The notes: generated from the letters alone by a model not told the origin. A DNA stretch of 64,000 bases from an uncultured Desulfobulbaceae bacterium (GCA_965366875.1 CBDUGK010000007.1:758-64757); one strand, 5' to 3'; shown: positions 18,580 through 29,122, numbered from the stretch's first letter. Numbers and translations are program-made.

Positions 18580-19152
18580 TCAGCGCCAGTTCTCAACAAC
18601 GATGGAGCGAAAGAAGAGTCTCAGTTTTATCAGGAATCTTCGATAGCGCAGTTTCCATGGATTGGGGAAACGGGAAACATGCCATTCAACGAGAAGAGCA
18701 TCTATCAGGTCTATCTGCCTGGTTTTCAGAAGATGCTCGAGGACGTCGAATTCAGCGCCCTCCACATCCATCTTGCAGACGACGTAGTCATCGCTGCTGA
18801 CATTTTCAGCGAGCCAGCCTCCAAAGTCAATTGTCTCGACCTCGACAAAACGATCAACGCTGATCCGGTTTGACTTTTTTTCGGGGTAAAGGGTCGAGCC
18901 ATCGAACCGTTCGCTGAGATATAATTTCAATCTCCCATAGGCTGTCGATATGGCGGCCTCGAGCACCACTACCCTGGAGTCATCCGTATCGATCTGGCAG
19001 GCATTTTCAGGATTCGGCTCAATCGCGTAAATTGTAGCGAAGGGCCCGTATTTATTATCGAGTTCCTTAATGGCAGAGCCGTTGCTGGCCCCGCAGTCAA
19101 TGAGAATTTTCATGGCGACATACCGGACATCCTGTCTGATAGTTTTCAGCAC
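18580..19152 (-). CDS. FkbM-family SAM-dependent methyltransferase
   Basis: ILIDCGASNGS and VVCKMDVEGAEFDVL motifs. Alternative start ATG 19113. Confidence 0.7.
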   Translation of the reverse strand: MLKTIRQDVRYVAMKILIDCGASNGSAIKELDNKYGPFATIYAIEPNPENACQIDTDDSRVVVLEAAISTAYGRLKLYLSERFDGSTLYPEKKSNRISVDRFVEVETIDFGGWLAENVSSDDYVVCKMDVEGAEFDVLEHLLKTRQIDLIDALLVEWHVSRFPNPWKLRYRRFLIKLRLFFRSIVVENWR

Positions 19153-19238
19153 CGTTTTAAAGGGTCATTGCCATTCGATGTTCTGCCGAATGGTTACTTC
19201 CGCTAGAGGCGATCTGACATTCCCCGTTTATCCTGTCC

Positions 19239-20075
19239 CTACCAGTCAGGCGCTTCGGTCGCCATGGTTTTTTTCCAGAAAATTCCTGAGAAATCCTCGT
19301 ACATGGTTTCCCTGATGCCCATTTTCTCCCTGAAATCCAGAAGAGCTTCCCGGGCGCCTCTCAACAGCCAGTCGTCCAGGATCAGGTAACCGCCAACTTC
19401 CAGTTGATGGTATAATTGTTTGAGTACGGTCATCGTTGAACCATACATGTCTCCATCAAGTCTGAGAATAGACAGCTTCCCGATATTGGCGGTTTTCAAA
19501 GAATCTTCAAAAAAACCTTTGACGAAGATCACGTTATCATCGAGAAGATCAAAGGTTCTGAAATTGTCCTGAACCTGCTCAAGACTGATTGCCAGATGCC
19601 TCAACGTGTGGTGAGTCGCCCCTTTGTCAAGAGGATATTTTTCCTCATCGGGAGGCGGCAGACCATCGAATGAGTCAGCGACATATACGTTCTTTTCTGA
19701 ATTACCGTTTGCCTTCAGGATACCGGCCAGATAGATGGTTGCTCCCCCCTTCCACACCCCTGTTTCTATCAGGTCTCCATCCACCCCGTTCTTCAGACAA
19801 TCCTCCGTGCAATAGCGCAGCGTATCAAGCTTATGCGCGCCGAGCATTGAAACCTTATCTTTCATTATCCTGTTTTTCAAATCATCCAGATATGAATTTT
19901 TCTGTTCATCAGAGCCGAAGTCGTACTCATCAAACTTCCTGATCCCATGCTTTTTGGAGTATTTTATGATCTTTTTTACTTTATTCCTTTCGTATTTTTC
20001 CTGTTTTTTCTCCGCCTGCCTCTTTGAGAGAACTCGATAGAGTTCCGAAGAGGTCATGCGCTCTAGCCAATTCAC
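19239..20075 (-). CDS. TylF/MycF-type (macrocin O-methyltransferase family) methyltransferase
   Basis: GDLIETGVWKGGATIYLA, VADSFDGLPPP, LRLDGDMYGST. Confidence 0.75.
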   Translation of the reverse strand: MNWLERMTSSELYRVLSKRQAEKKQEKYERNKVKKIIKYSKKHGIRKFDEYDFGSDEQKNSYLDDLKNRIMKDKVSMLGAHKLDTLRYCTEDCLKNGVDGDLIETGVWKGGATIYLAGILKANGNSEKNVYVADSFDGLPPPDEEKYPLDKGATHHTLRHLAISLEQVQDNFRTFDLLDDNVIFVKGFFEDSLKTANIGKLSILRLDGDMYGSTMTVLKQLYHQLEVGGYLILDDWLLRGAREALLDFREKMGIRETMYEDFSGIFWKKTMATEAPDW

Positions 20076-20143
20076 ATTCTGCCTCTATTCTCTTGATGTT
20101 TTCCGGATATGCAGCAATGGTAGATGTTTCCTCGGTTACAACA

Positions 20144-21082
20144 CTATTTTCTGAAACTGAACGTAAATCCCAGGAAACCTCCCGGATCCGACGATTCTTT
20201 CATGATTCGATTGCCGTCACTGTCCTCCACTGCAAGCTCAGCGCCGAACTCGACCCCGCCGACAAAACTAAGCTTTATTTCAGGGCTGTAACTGTAGGTA
20301 AAACCGGCATACAGCGGGAACGATCTATCTTCGCCAATTCCACCGGGGACAGTTCCTCTATCATCCAGCCGGAAACGCACTTTTTCATAGCGGCCGCCAA
20401 CGCTGAAGCTCCAGTTCCGATCGGCCCGGTAGTTGAGCGTCAAACCAGGTCCCATGGAGGCCCCAAGCCCCCGTCCGGTCTCAAGGCTGAGGGTGTCGGT
20501 GATCTTCCAGTCAATGATGAGGACGGGAAAGATGGTCGCAGAGTCTTCCAGCTGTGAAACAACCCCGACTCCCGGTCCGATGGTCAGGTGCTCCCCAAAG
20601 CGGTAGGCAACCCCTGTCAGGACCCCGCCGGTGATGGTTTCGTCAAAACTTGAGCCGCTTTCTCCGCTTGATTGAACCGACGGTATCAGAAATGCTGACC
20701 AGTCATCACCGATTCCTTTGCGCATCGGTACACCAAGAGAAAAAGAATGCACATCTTCCCATGGGGCTGTCGCCCCAATACCGCTTCCACGGGAAAATGA
20801 ATAGCCATCATAACTGTAGCCAAGAGCCAGAGATACCGAGGTCCGCGGATCCCAGCCGTAGCCCTGACCTGCTTGAAATGTGAATCGTTTTACATCATAG
20901 CTCCCCCCTTCGTCCAGGTCCGCATCAAACTGATAGACGGCGCCTCCCCGGGCAAAACTTGACCACCCGCCAGGCGCGCCGGAACGGCCCCGGTCTTCCT
21001 GCTGCTGGGCCAGAGAATTTCCGGCTGAAAACACAATATAAGATATAAAAAACACGATGCAAATAGAGCGAAAATATGTCAT
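20144..21082 (-). CDS. putative outer-membrane beta-barrel protein
   Basis: Signal peptide (MTYFRSICIVFFISYIVFSAGNSLAQ). Alternating Gly/aromatic-rich strands through to the C-terminal GFTFSFRK. Family not recognised. Confidence 0.5.
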   Translation of the reverse strand: MTYFRSICIVFFISYIVFSAGNSLAQQQEDRGRSGAPGGWSSFARGGAVYQFDADLDEGGSYDVKRFTFQAGQGYGWDPRTSVSLALGYSYDGYSFSRGSGIGATAPWEDVHSFSLGVPMRKGIGDDWSAFLIPSVQSSGESGSSFDETITGGVLTGVAYRFGEHLTIGPGVGVVSQLEDSATIFPVLIIDWKITDTLSLETGRGLGASMGPGLTLNYRADRNWSFSVGGRYEKVRFRLDDRGTVPGGIGEDRSFPLYAGFTYSYSPEIKLSFVGGVEFGAELAVEDSDGNRIMKESSDPGGFLGFTFSFRK

Positions 21083-21261
21083 ACCGACCTCTCGATGAGT
21101 TGTTCGATTCACGAGCACAAAACAGGATAATGAAGAGCTACTGATACTATGCCACGATTTCTATATCAACACATTCAATATGTAAACCGTGTTTTTTCCA
21201 CGGGGTGACGATGCCGGTTTCGGATAAGATAAGATTAAGGTAGTATGGCGGTGAAGAGAAA

Positions 21262-21747
21262 ATGAGCAGGGAAACACAGCATCAGGATCACCCTGCATGT
21301 ATCCAGACAGACTATCGGCAAATGTACAGACTTATCTATAAAAGCAAGTCCGCAGGATTGATCAGCAAGGAAAACCTTCGGGACATCCTCTACAAAAGCC
21401 TGGAGAATAATCGCGTCGACGGGGTGAACGGCGCATTAATCGCCACCAGTTCATATTTCCTTCAGTTTCTTGAAGGCGATTTTGACGATGTCAATTCAAC
21501 GTTCTTCCGGATCATCGAGGACCCAAGGCACCGCGATATCAAACTGGTGAGTTTTCGCCAGGTTGATAAACCTCTGTTCAGTCAATGGCGCATGAAAGGG
21601 TTCGGGATTTTTGATCTCAATCTGGAGCTTGAAAACAAATTAAAAGAGCGCTATGGAGAAGAAGAAGGCAGTGTCTTCTTGCCGACCGAGGAAGACAACG
21701 CCCTTGCACTCCTGCAGGATATAGAACTGATAGAAAAGAATACCTGA
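21262..21747 (+). CDS. BLUF-domain (blue-light FAD sensor) protein, short stand-alone type
   Basis: YRLIYKSKS, NGALIATSSYFLQFLEGDFDDV and IIEDPRHRDI fit the BLUF core. Confidence 0.8.
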   Translation: MSRETQHQDHPACIQTDYRQMYRLIYKSKSAGLISKENLRDILYKSLENNRVDGVNGALIATSSYFLQFLEGDFDDVNSTFFRIIEDPRHRDIKLVSFRQVDKPLFSQWRMKGFGIFDLNLELENKLKERYGEEEGSVFLPTEEDNALALLQDIELIEKNT

Positions 21748-22016
21748 CAGAATCGCCTTGAGCCTGCCTTTAGATCGACAATAACTGTGTTGATGATCGA
21801 AAAACAGGCGCGCGAAAAAACTGTATACAACGCAGCCCGTGCTCCTTCCTGGCGGGCTTCCCTTGATATCTGGAACCAATACAACCGCAGTAATCTTTAC
21901 GGTGACCAAAAACCGTATCCACCTCCTTGTCGGCACTGCTGTATCTTGTCTTTTTTCACTCCCTCGCCGTTGTAGAAACAGCCCTTATCAGTTACTGTGA
22001 GCAAAGGGACACTCCT

Positions 22017-23186
22017 ATGAAAAAATTCTTGAGAGAATCTGCAGAGAATTATGTCAGAAAGCTCCTTCGCCAGGCTGACATCATCATAAACGGCAACAGA
22101 CCCTGGGATATCCAGGTAAAAAACAACGACTTTTACCAGCGTGTCATCCTCCAGGGATCCCTGGGGCTTGGCGAGTCATATGTTGACGGTGCCTGGGACT
22201 GTGAGGCTCTCGATCAGCTGTTCTATAAAATTCTCCAGGCGGACCTGCGCAGCAAGGCCGTGGCAAACCTCCCGGACTTTTTCAAAATGCTCAAGGCACG
22301 GATCCTTAATCGTCAGAGCAGAAGACGTGCCTTTCAGGTCGGAGAAAAACATTATGATGCAGGAAATGACCTGTTCGAGATCATGCTCGACAGTACAATG
22401 GCCTATAGCTCCGGTTACTGGAACCAGGCAGATACGCTTGAGCAGGCGCAGCAGAACAAACTGGATATTATCTGTAGGAAGCTGAAGCTCTCAAAAGGGA
22501 TGCGCCTGCTTGATATCGGCTGCGGCTGGGGGGGGCTGGTGCATTATGCCGCACGACACTATGGTGTCGAGGCTGTGGGAATCACTGTCTCAAAAGAGCA
22601 GGCGAACCTTGCCGAAAAACGCTGCTCCGGTCTTCCGGTCAAGATCGTGCTGCAGGATTACCGGGATCTGACCGGGCAATTTGACGCCGTTGCCTCCGTA
22701 GGGATGTTTGAGCATGTCGGCTATAAAAACTACCGCACCTTCATGAAGGTTGTCAGACGCTGCCTGCATGAAAATGGACTTTTTCTCCTCCAGACAATCG
22801 GCTCAAACCGAGCTCAAATCAGCTGTGACCGCTGGTTCGACAAGTATATTTTCCCAAACGGCACGCTGCCCGCAATCACCCAGATTGGCTCCGCTCTTGA
22901 TGGGAATTTTATCATGGAAGACTGGCATAACCTCGGCGTTGATTACGACAAAACACTGATGGCCTGGTATCAGAACTTCGAGAACAACAGGAACAGGATC
23001 AAAACAGCGTACCCACAGAGCTTTTTCAGGATGTGGCGTTACTACCTTCTCTCGCTTGCCGGAGGTTTTCGCGCCCGGCATATGCAGGTCTGGCAGATCG
23101 TTGCTTCCCCGCGAGGAAATGCTGAAGGCTACAGAAGTGTGCGCTGCCCGCAGTGCGCTCAGCCGGGATATTTGCCTTCAATATAG
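22017..23186 (+). CDS. cfa: cyclopropane-fatty-acyl-phospholipid synthase
   Basis: YDAGNDLFEIMLD, LLDIGCGWGGL, FEHVGYKNY, IFPNGTLP. Start ATG 22017. Confidence 0.9.
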   Translation: MKKFLRESAENYVRKLLRQADIIINGNRPWDIQVKNNDFYQRVILQGSLGLGESYVDGAWDCEALDQLFYKILQADLRSKAVANLPDFFKMLKARILNRQSRRRAFQVGEKHYDAGNDLFEIMLDSTMAYSSGYWNQADTLEQAQQNKLDIICRKLKLSKGMRLLDIGCGWGGLVHYAARHYGVEAVGITVSKEQANLAEKRCSGLPVKIVLQDYRDLTGQFDAVASVGMFEHVGYKNYRTFMKVVRRCLHENGLFLLQTIGSNRAQISCDRWFDKYIFPNGTLPAITQIGSALDGNFIMEDWHNLGVDYDKTLMAWYQNFENNRNRIKTAYPQSFFRMWRYYLLSLAGGFRARHMQVWQIVASPRGNAEGYRSVRCPQCAQPGYLPSI

Positions 23187-23623
23187 TCCGTGAGGTAGTT
23201 GATTTTGACCTCCTGCATGGATGTTTGGGCCTTGACCACGTCACCAATCGACACCAGGCCGGTCAATCTGCCCTTGTCGATCACCGGCAGATGGCGAATT
23301 CTGTTCTTGGTCATGATTGACATCAGTTTATCAATATCATCTTCAGGGGTAACGACAATGATGTTTCTTGTCATTATTTCGCTTACCGTGATGGTGGTGA
23401 TATATTCCGGATGGTGATGTATGGCCCTCAACACGTCGTTCGGCGCAACGATGCCGATAACTTCGTTATGATCGTTCACCACCACTACCGATCCGATGCG
23501 ATCCGCAAAAAACATAGAGACCACATCTACAAGCAGGAGTGTCTCCTGGACAGTAATGACCCGTGTCCCCTTTTCAGCAAGAATATCCTTGGTCTTCATA
23601 CGCAGATTCCTCTTAATTGACAC
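23159..23623 (-). CDS. CBS-domain pair protein
   Basis: Two CBS repeats (IGSVVVVNDHNEVIGIV and HLPVIDKGRLTGLVSIGD). Alternative start at 23599. Confidence 0.8.
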   Translation of the reverse strand: MSIKRNLRMKTKDILAEKGTRVITVQETLLLVDVVSMFFADRIGSVVVVNDHNEVIGIVAPNDVLRAIHHHPEYITTITVSEIMTRNIIVVTPEDDIDKLMSIMTKNRIRHLPVIDKGRLTGLVSIGDVVKAQTSMQEVKINYLTDYIEGKYPG

Positions 23624-23900
23624 CGGGAGCAGTAGTTCGATGTTCTGCCCGGCTCTTCTTTCCTGAATTCAGCAGGACAGAAACTGGCTGCAAGAACCTG
23701 GAACGTGACAACAAGCCTGTCCTTCATCACCCAGGTAATTTATAGTCAACCTCAAACGGATCCCGCTGCCCCTTAAATGCAATGACAATAAACGGTAAAT
23801 ACAGCCATGACAACAGAATGTGACTCCCCCCCTCTTTCCCAGGTTGATGGTGTGAGCGAAAACAACACATCCAAGCTGAAGGAATTACCTTACGTCACGA

Positions 23901-24191
23901 TCACATTCCAACCCTGTACATTTCATATTCAGTCGAACCTTCGAACATTCCCGAGTACTTCTCTTCATGTTCCTTCCGCGCTGCACTGTTCCTGTATCTA
24001 TCCCAGTCGTCTTTCTTTTGCCACATGGAGATTATCAGAACAGATTGGGGATCATCATAATTTACCAGCGTTTCGGTAGAAATATAGCCTTCATTCCCCA
24101 TAGCATTGGTCCGTGCTTTGACCAGCATGGCAGAGGCATTTTTAAGAGCATCTTCTTTAAATTTTCTTCTGATCAAAATTTTGACTGACAT
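23901..24191 (-). CDS. ABM (antibiotic biosynthesis monooxygenase-like) domain protein
   Basis: 96 aa with a ferredoxin-like pattern (VKILIRRKF ... ISMWQKKDDWDRYRNS). Confidence 0.55.
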   Translation of the reverse strand: MSVKILIRRKFKEDALKNASAMLVKARTNAMGNEGYISTETLVNYDDPQSVLIISMWQKKDDWDRYRNSAARKEHEEKYSGMFEGSTEYEMYRVGM

Positions 24192-24640
24192 TTTTTCTCC
24201 TTATGGATGATTTATAGTTTTTCCACGCTCTTCCTGACTCAGCGACTCTCCCAACCCTGCCTATTTGCCAATCAGGAAAAAGACGGGCTTCAAGCCTGAG
24301 AAATCATCAGTGTGCTTGATCTAACAGTCAGGCAGACATTCACGCTCACGACAAGCTGTCCGAAGAATCTGTTCCGGAAACTCCATTGTTTTGTCGCATA
24401 TTACTATTTTCTGCGATTTATCGAAATGACATTTGAAAATTATTGAGAGACCAATGTTGGACAAAAGACCGGAGGCAGGCAGCCGGTGAAATAATCCTGG
24501 AAGATCAGTGTACAGATTCAACCGGTTGCAGACAGGCTGAGCTGCGAATCAAGACAGGGCTGATAACTCTTCATGCACTCAGGCTGATGAGCCTGAGATT
24601 GCAAACCCTGGATGGGACGCTCTTTTTTCCGGCAGCGATA

Positions 24641-25066
24641 TCAAGCAGCATTTTCACCAAAGAGTTTCACTATCTCGAGGCTTGAAACAATACCCACAGC
24701 TTCTCCCCTTGCTCCTGTGACAACCAGATGATTTACACCCGCTTCATACATGACCTTGATGGCTGATAATGCGTTCATATCTTCGTCCAGCTGGACACAA
24801 GGATTGCGTGTTTCTCCTGAGACGCTGAAGTCGCATTTTGTCAGAAATGAAGAGATCTTCGTCTCTTTCAGGCTATCTCCCCGAGAGAGGCTGAACATCA
24901 CATCAGAGACGGTAACCAGACCGGTGAGCGCTTCCCCGGTTTTTACCGCGAGCACCGAGACATTGTTTTTAGTCATTTTCTTGACGGCAGTCTCAAGTGA
25001 ATCGTCAGGGCTGATTGTCGGAAATGTCCTTTTGATTGCCTGCTTGATCGTTTTTTTCTTTGTCAT
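24641..25066 (-). CDS. CBS-domain pair protein
   Basis: Two CBS repeats (VSVLAVKTGEALTGLVTVSD and HLVVTGARGEAVGIVSS). Confidence 0.8.
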   Translation of the reverse strand: MTKKKTIKQAIKRTFPTISPDDSLETAVKKMTKNNVSVLAVKTGEALTGLVTVSDVMFSLSRGDSLKETKISSFLTKCDFSVSGETRNPCVQLDEDMNALSAIKVMYEAGVNHLVVTGARGEAVGIVSSLEIVKLFGENAA

Positions 25067-25619
25067 GGGACCCTCCTTAGAATTGATGAAGATATACAGT
25101 ATCTGTCATAATCAGAAGAGGTATTTATTCTATTATCTTAGCGTTTTTATGTTTTTTATGAACCCCTTTTTTCTGACAATGTTCTTTTTTCGGGCCAATC
25201 AGCAGCAATCGTTGGGGGTGAGCTCTCTGAAAAAAGCATACTGATCCCAAATTATATGGTCCATGCTGAGTACCTATGTTTTTTTCTGCCAGTATTTTAC
25301 ATGTTGGTATAATTCAGTTTGCACGCGTTTACATCGCATTACCCGTTGACGCCATGTTCCTGCCTGGGAGACACCGTAATGCGCACATACCGGCTGAAGA
25401 TGGTTCATCACTGTTTTTTACTGCTGATCAATATGAATTAGGCTGGTATAATTGCACTGTCTGTATAATAACTTTAAATAATGCGCTGATCGTGCATCTG
25501 ACGGAATTCAGACACGGGCATAACGCTTACTCCATGGACTGCAGACACGAAGCACGAAATCGCCAGCCTCCTGGCACACCGTAACCTGATAATTATTTCA
25601 TCGAGCAAAACGTGTATCT

Positions 25620-27485
25620 ATGCGACAGATAATATTGACATCCGTTATCATCTCCGGCCTGTTCTTTTTTTCACCACTCTGCAATGCCAAAGAGGTCAGG
25701 ATTCCCATTTCGCTTGATTATCAGCTGCTGAGGACATTGATAGTCCAGTCTTCCTATACAGGCCCGGACGGGACCGCACAACTCGTCAACGAGGGTGATG
25801 GCTGTATCGCCCTGATTTTATCCAAACCCGGTTTTTCCGGGGGTGAAAACGTTGTCAATTTTTCCTCTGATGTGTTTCTGCATGCCGGGACACCGTTGGG
25901 TGGGAGCTGTCTCATGCCATTGAAATGGGAGGGATCGATTGAGATTGCCCAGAGGCCAAAGCTCGATGATGAAACATGGGATCTCAGCTTTGAAACGGTT
26001 GAAACAAAATTCTATACCTCTGATCACAAACCCGTAAAGAGCCTTAATCTGGTTTTTGATCAGATGTTACCGCTCATTAATTCCTACACGCAGGGGTTCT
26101 CGGTCAAACTGGCTCCACCGGTACAAGATCTGAAAAACTTCATCCTGCCGCTTTTCACACCCGATGCCCAGGTGGAAGCAGAAAGGCTGCTGAAAAGTAT
26201 AAGGCCCGGCGCCGTTAGCGCTGATGAAAGTGGACTGGTTGCCACCATACTTGCCGATGCCGTCGAGATGAAGACTTCTGAAGACGGAGAAGACGTTGAG
26301 CTGCTGACAGAAGCAGAACTGGAATCGTTTCTTCAGCTCTGGGAGACATGGGATTCCCTGCTGGTATATCTTGTTTCGCTGCTGTCGGAACAAAAACTCA
26401 CAGAGCCTGAGAAGAGAACCCTGGTCGATCTCATTTTAGATACCCGCTATGAGTTTGTGGCACAGATAAATGAACCCAACAAGGAAAGAGACTTTGTCAG
26501 AGATCAATTTATCGAAGGATGGGCTCAACTGTCACAGATCTTTCGAAAATACTTTCTTCAAAATCCGGCTGGCAAGGGGCTCGGCTATGTATCATTTATA
26601 ACTGCAGCTGATGCCTTAATGATTCTCGACGAACTGGGGCCGACCTTTGGCATTGAAATATCCCGGAATGGGCTCATTCGGCTTGCCAGGATTCTCGGCG
26701 GGGAATCACTCGAGCTCAACTATTCCCCAGAAATCAACAGAACATTGCTGTTGCTGTTTGAACTTGACCCGGCCCAAAATCCAGAAGGATCTTCGCGAAC
26801 AACTCCCCTGCCGGAACCTGAGGAGACAAATGATGCTTTTTTGATGCGCTTCATCAATCGTGCTGGAGGCTATCTGCTTCCTGCAGCCTACGCAGATAAG
26901 CTTCCCACCTTTTCAGAGATCCAGGCATGGCAGGTTCCCGAAAGTAACCTGGCAGAATATCTGGACAGGGTGAGGGACCTTTTAAAATTTGCATCTACGT
27001 CCCTCGTCATAAAAAAAAATCTGCCGGCTAAAATACAGCCTATCTATCACACCCTGATACCCGCAGTAGCATGGCAGGAAAGCTGTTTCAGACAGTTTGT
27101 CGTTGCCGACAAAAAGCTTACCTACCTGCTCTCCTACAACAAAAGTTCAATAGGGATAATGCAGGTGAACGAGCGTGTCTGGCGGGGTATCTATGATACG
27201 CAGCGACTGAGATGGGACATAAAATATAATGCTGTTGCAGGATCTGAGATTATCGACCTGTATCTGCAGAAATACGCCCTGGCCAAGTCAAAACCAAGTA
27301 TCCTTTCCGATGACCTAACCCTTGCCCAGCTCGTCTACGCCATGTACAACGGCGGCCCCAAGCAGTATGAAAAATTCCTGAAACGAAAAGCAAAGAAGGA
27401 CTTTTACAAGACTGACAACCTTTTTAAAGAAAAATACAGTTGGGTCAAAGCAGGATCATGGGATAACATACAGAAATGTCTGTAG
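25620..27485 (+). CDS. secreted protein with C-terminal lytic transglycosylase (SLT) domain
   Basis: Signal peptide. AVAWQESCF, IGIMQVN and YAMYNGGP motifs at the C-terminus. N-terminal about 450 aa unassigned. Confidence 0.7.
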   Translation: MRQIILTSVIISGLFFFSPLCNAKEVRIPISLDYQLLRTLIVQSSYTGPDGTAQLVNEGDGCIALILSKPGFSGGENVVNFSSDVFLHAGTPLGGSCLMPLKWEGSIEIAQRPKLDDETWDLSFETVETKFYTSDHKPVKSLNLVFDQMLPLINSYTQGFSVKLAPPVQDLKNFILPLFTPDAQVEAERLLKSIRPGAVSADESGLVATILADAVEMKTSEDGEDVELLTEAELESFLQLWETWDSLLVYLVSLLSEQKLTEPEKRTLVDLILDTRYEFVAQINEPNKERDFVRDQFIEGWAQLSQIFRKYFLQNPAGKGLGYVSFITAADALMILDELGPTFGIEISRNGLIRLARILGGESLELNYSPEINRTLLLLFELDPAQNPEGSSRTTPLPEPEETNDAFLMRFINRAGGYLLPAAYADKLPTFSEIQAWQVPESNLAEYLDRVRDLLKFASTSLVIKKNLPAKIQPIYHTLIPAVAWQESCFRQFVVADKKLTYLLSYNKSSIGIMQVNERVWRGIYDTQRLRWDIKYNAVAGSEIIDLYLQKYALAKSKPSILSDDLTLAQLVYAMYNGGPKQYEKFLKRKAKKDFYKTDNLFKEKYSWVKAGSWDNIQKCL

Positions 27486-27653
27486 TTGTTGCGTCAGCAG
27501 TGGAAATTCTCTATACCGGCGTCACGTTACCGCGGTTACCCTCCCAAAAACAACAAAGTGCCCTCCAAACGTATGCAATCACCTCTCAGCCTGTCCATTT
27601 CACTAATTGCCTGGATATCGGGGCTGCCGACATCCAGGCCAGATACTCTTCAA

Positions 27654-28223
27654 TTAAGCGCTCTTGATTTCAATCTGCTTCACATCGCTTTTTGGTGATG
27701 TTTTTCGGGGCATTTTGACGGTTAAGACTCCGTCTTTGAAGGTCGCGGCGATTCCAGTCTGATCAGCATCATCCGGAAGGTTCATAAGACGCTGAAACGA
27801 GCCGTAGGAGCGCTCGACTCGATAATAATCCTGGTTTTTCTCTTCTTTTTCCTGCTTTTTTTCTCCACGTATGATCAGCGTGTCATTGGAGATTTCAACC
27901 TTGACATCCTTTTCATTTACACCGGGGACCTCAATTGTAATTGCATATTCTTTGTCTGTGGCCCCGATATCAACGTGCGGTTTCAGCAGGCCGGAAGCGG
28001 TGATCGGCCAGGAAAAATCGGGTCTGAGATGCGAGATACCAAAACCTCTTACCGCATTCTCGAAGAGCCGGTCCATCTCCCGGTGCAGATGCACAAGGGG
28101 ATGCATGACATGGCTATCCGCACCAGCATGGCGCAGATCATTTTGTTTTACTGGAATTACGGAGCCGCTTGCTTCGTCTTCCTTCTTGAACCAGTTCCAT
28201 GGTGCGAGCTTTTTTATATCCAT
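27654..28223 (-). CDS. Hsp20/alpha-crystallin family small heat-shock protein
   Basis: Alpha-crystallin domain (PHVDIGATDKEYAITIEVPGVNEKDVKVEISNDTLIIRGEK ... GVLTVKMPRK). Start ATG 28223 lies 6 nt after GGAGG. Confidence 0.9.
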   Translation of the reverse strand: MDIKKLAPWNWFKKEDEASGSVIPVKQNDLRHAGADSHVMHPLVHLHREMDRLFENAVRGFGISHLRPDFSWPITASGLLKPHVDIGATDKEYAITIEVPGVNEKDVKVEISNDTLIIRGEKKQEKEEKNQDYYRVERSYGSFQRLMNLPDDADQTGIAATFKDGVLTVKMPRKTSPKSDVKQIEIKSA

Positions 28224-28369
28224 GATCATCCTCCATTCGTAGCCTTTTTGTTTCACGTTATCAAACGCGGGGAGCCATACGGAGAAGCTTTTCCGCTTTG
28301 GTGCCACCTCGAATCCGTCTGCAGGCGGGAGTAAACTCCCGTTACTGCTACGGATATTCCAATATTTCG

Positions 28370-28739
28370 TTATACTGCCTCTATTTCAATTAATCGCGGT
28401 TTAGCAGCCTCAGACTTTTGCAGGTGCAATGACAATATGCCATCCTTGAGTTCGGCTTTAACCTTGTCTACATCAATGGTCTGCGGATCTGAAAACGCAC
28501 GGCTGTATTCTACATCAGCAAATTCCTCCCAGCTCGCCTCCCCATCCTCCGTCAGGGATCTGACGCCGGAAAGAGTCAGGCTGCCGTTGTCGACATGTAC
28601 CGTGATATCGCCCCGCTGCAGGCCAATGAGCGCTATTGTTTATTGACCTTTCACGTTCATTAAACACATTGCCCAGTCGGCTCCTGAACGGTCCTATGGC
28701 ACCAACTACTCTGTCGACATCACTGATTCCGGTAAACAT
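28370..28739 (-). pseudogene. second Hsp20 gene, disrupted (frame change and missing strand)
   Basis: Frame A from ATG 28739 gives MFTGISDVDRVVGAIGPFRSRLGNVFNERERS. Another frame gives ALIGLQRGDITVHVDNGSLTLSGVRS...GILSLHLQKSEAAKPRLIEIEAV, preceded by TAA (28640-28642) with no start codon. The usual W-P-x-VDI strand is absent. Confidence 0.5.
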
Positions 28740-28973
28740 GACATACCTTCTATCTGATTTTTTTCTTTTTTTACAAAACCATACACGATTATTTGAGCAC
28801 TCATTACCCGTTTTGTTACTTGAAAATTTAATTACGATAAAAACCATGTCAACAATATATTAAATAAATATTTAATTGATTTTATTACCTATGATATTTA
28901 TTTGTACAAAGTAATTTTATTGATCTGTTGCGTAATCTCGGAGTTGCTCTACTGGTTTTGGCGAGACGGGAAA

Positions 28974-29001
28974 GATAGCAACTATTGGATAGCAACTATT
29001 G
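28974..29001. repeat. perfect tandem duplication of a 14-bp unit GATAGCAACTATTG
   Basis: Read directly: 28974-28987 equals 28988-29001. An inverted AGCAACT core lies at about 28942-28948. Sits in the hsp20 / dnaJ-like divergent spacer. Confidence 0.8.
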
Positions 29002-29122
29002 AGTTCAATGCGGATCACGCATACAGACAGATCGGCAACGCATAAACGATGTGCAGCGAGCCGCTGTGAGAAGGGAGATAGCGGAACATTGTTTCAAACC
29101 TAGGCGTACTGGAGTATCTGTC

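Noticed and set aside
28780-28830. CIRCE (HrcA) operator upstream of the broken hsp20.
   Set aside because: TTGAGCACTC resembles one half-site, but the inverted partner GAGTGCTAA is absent at the required 9-nt spacing.
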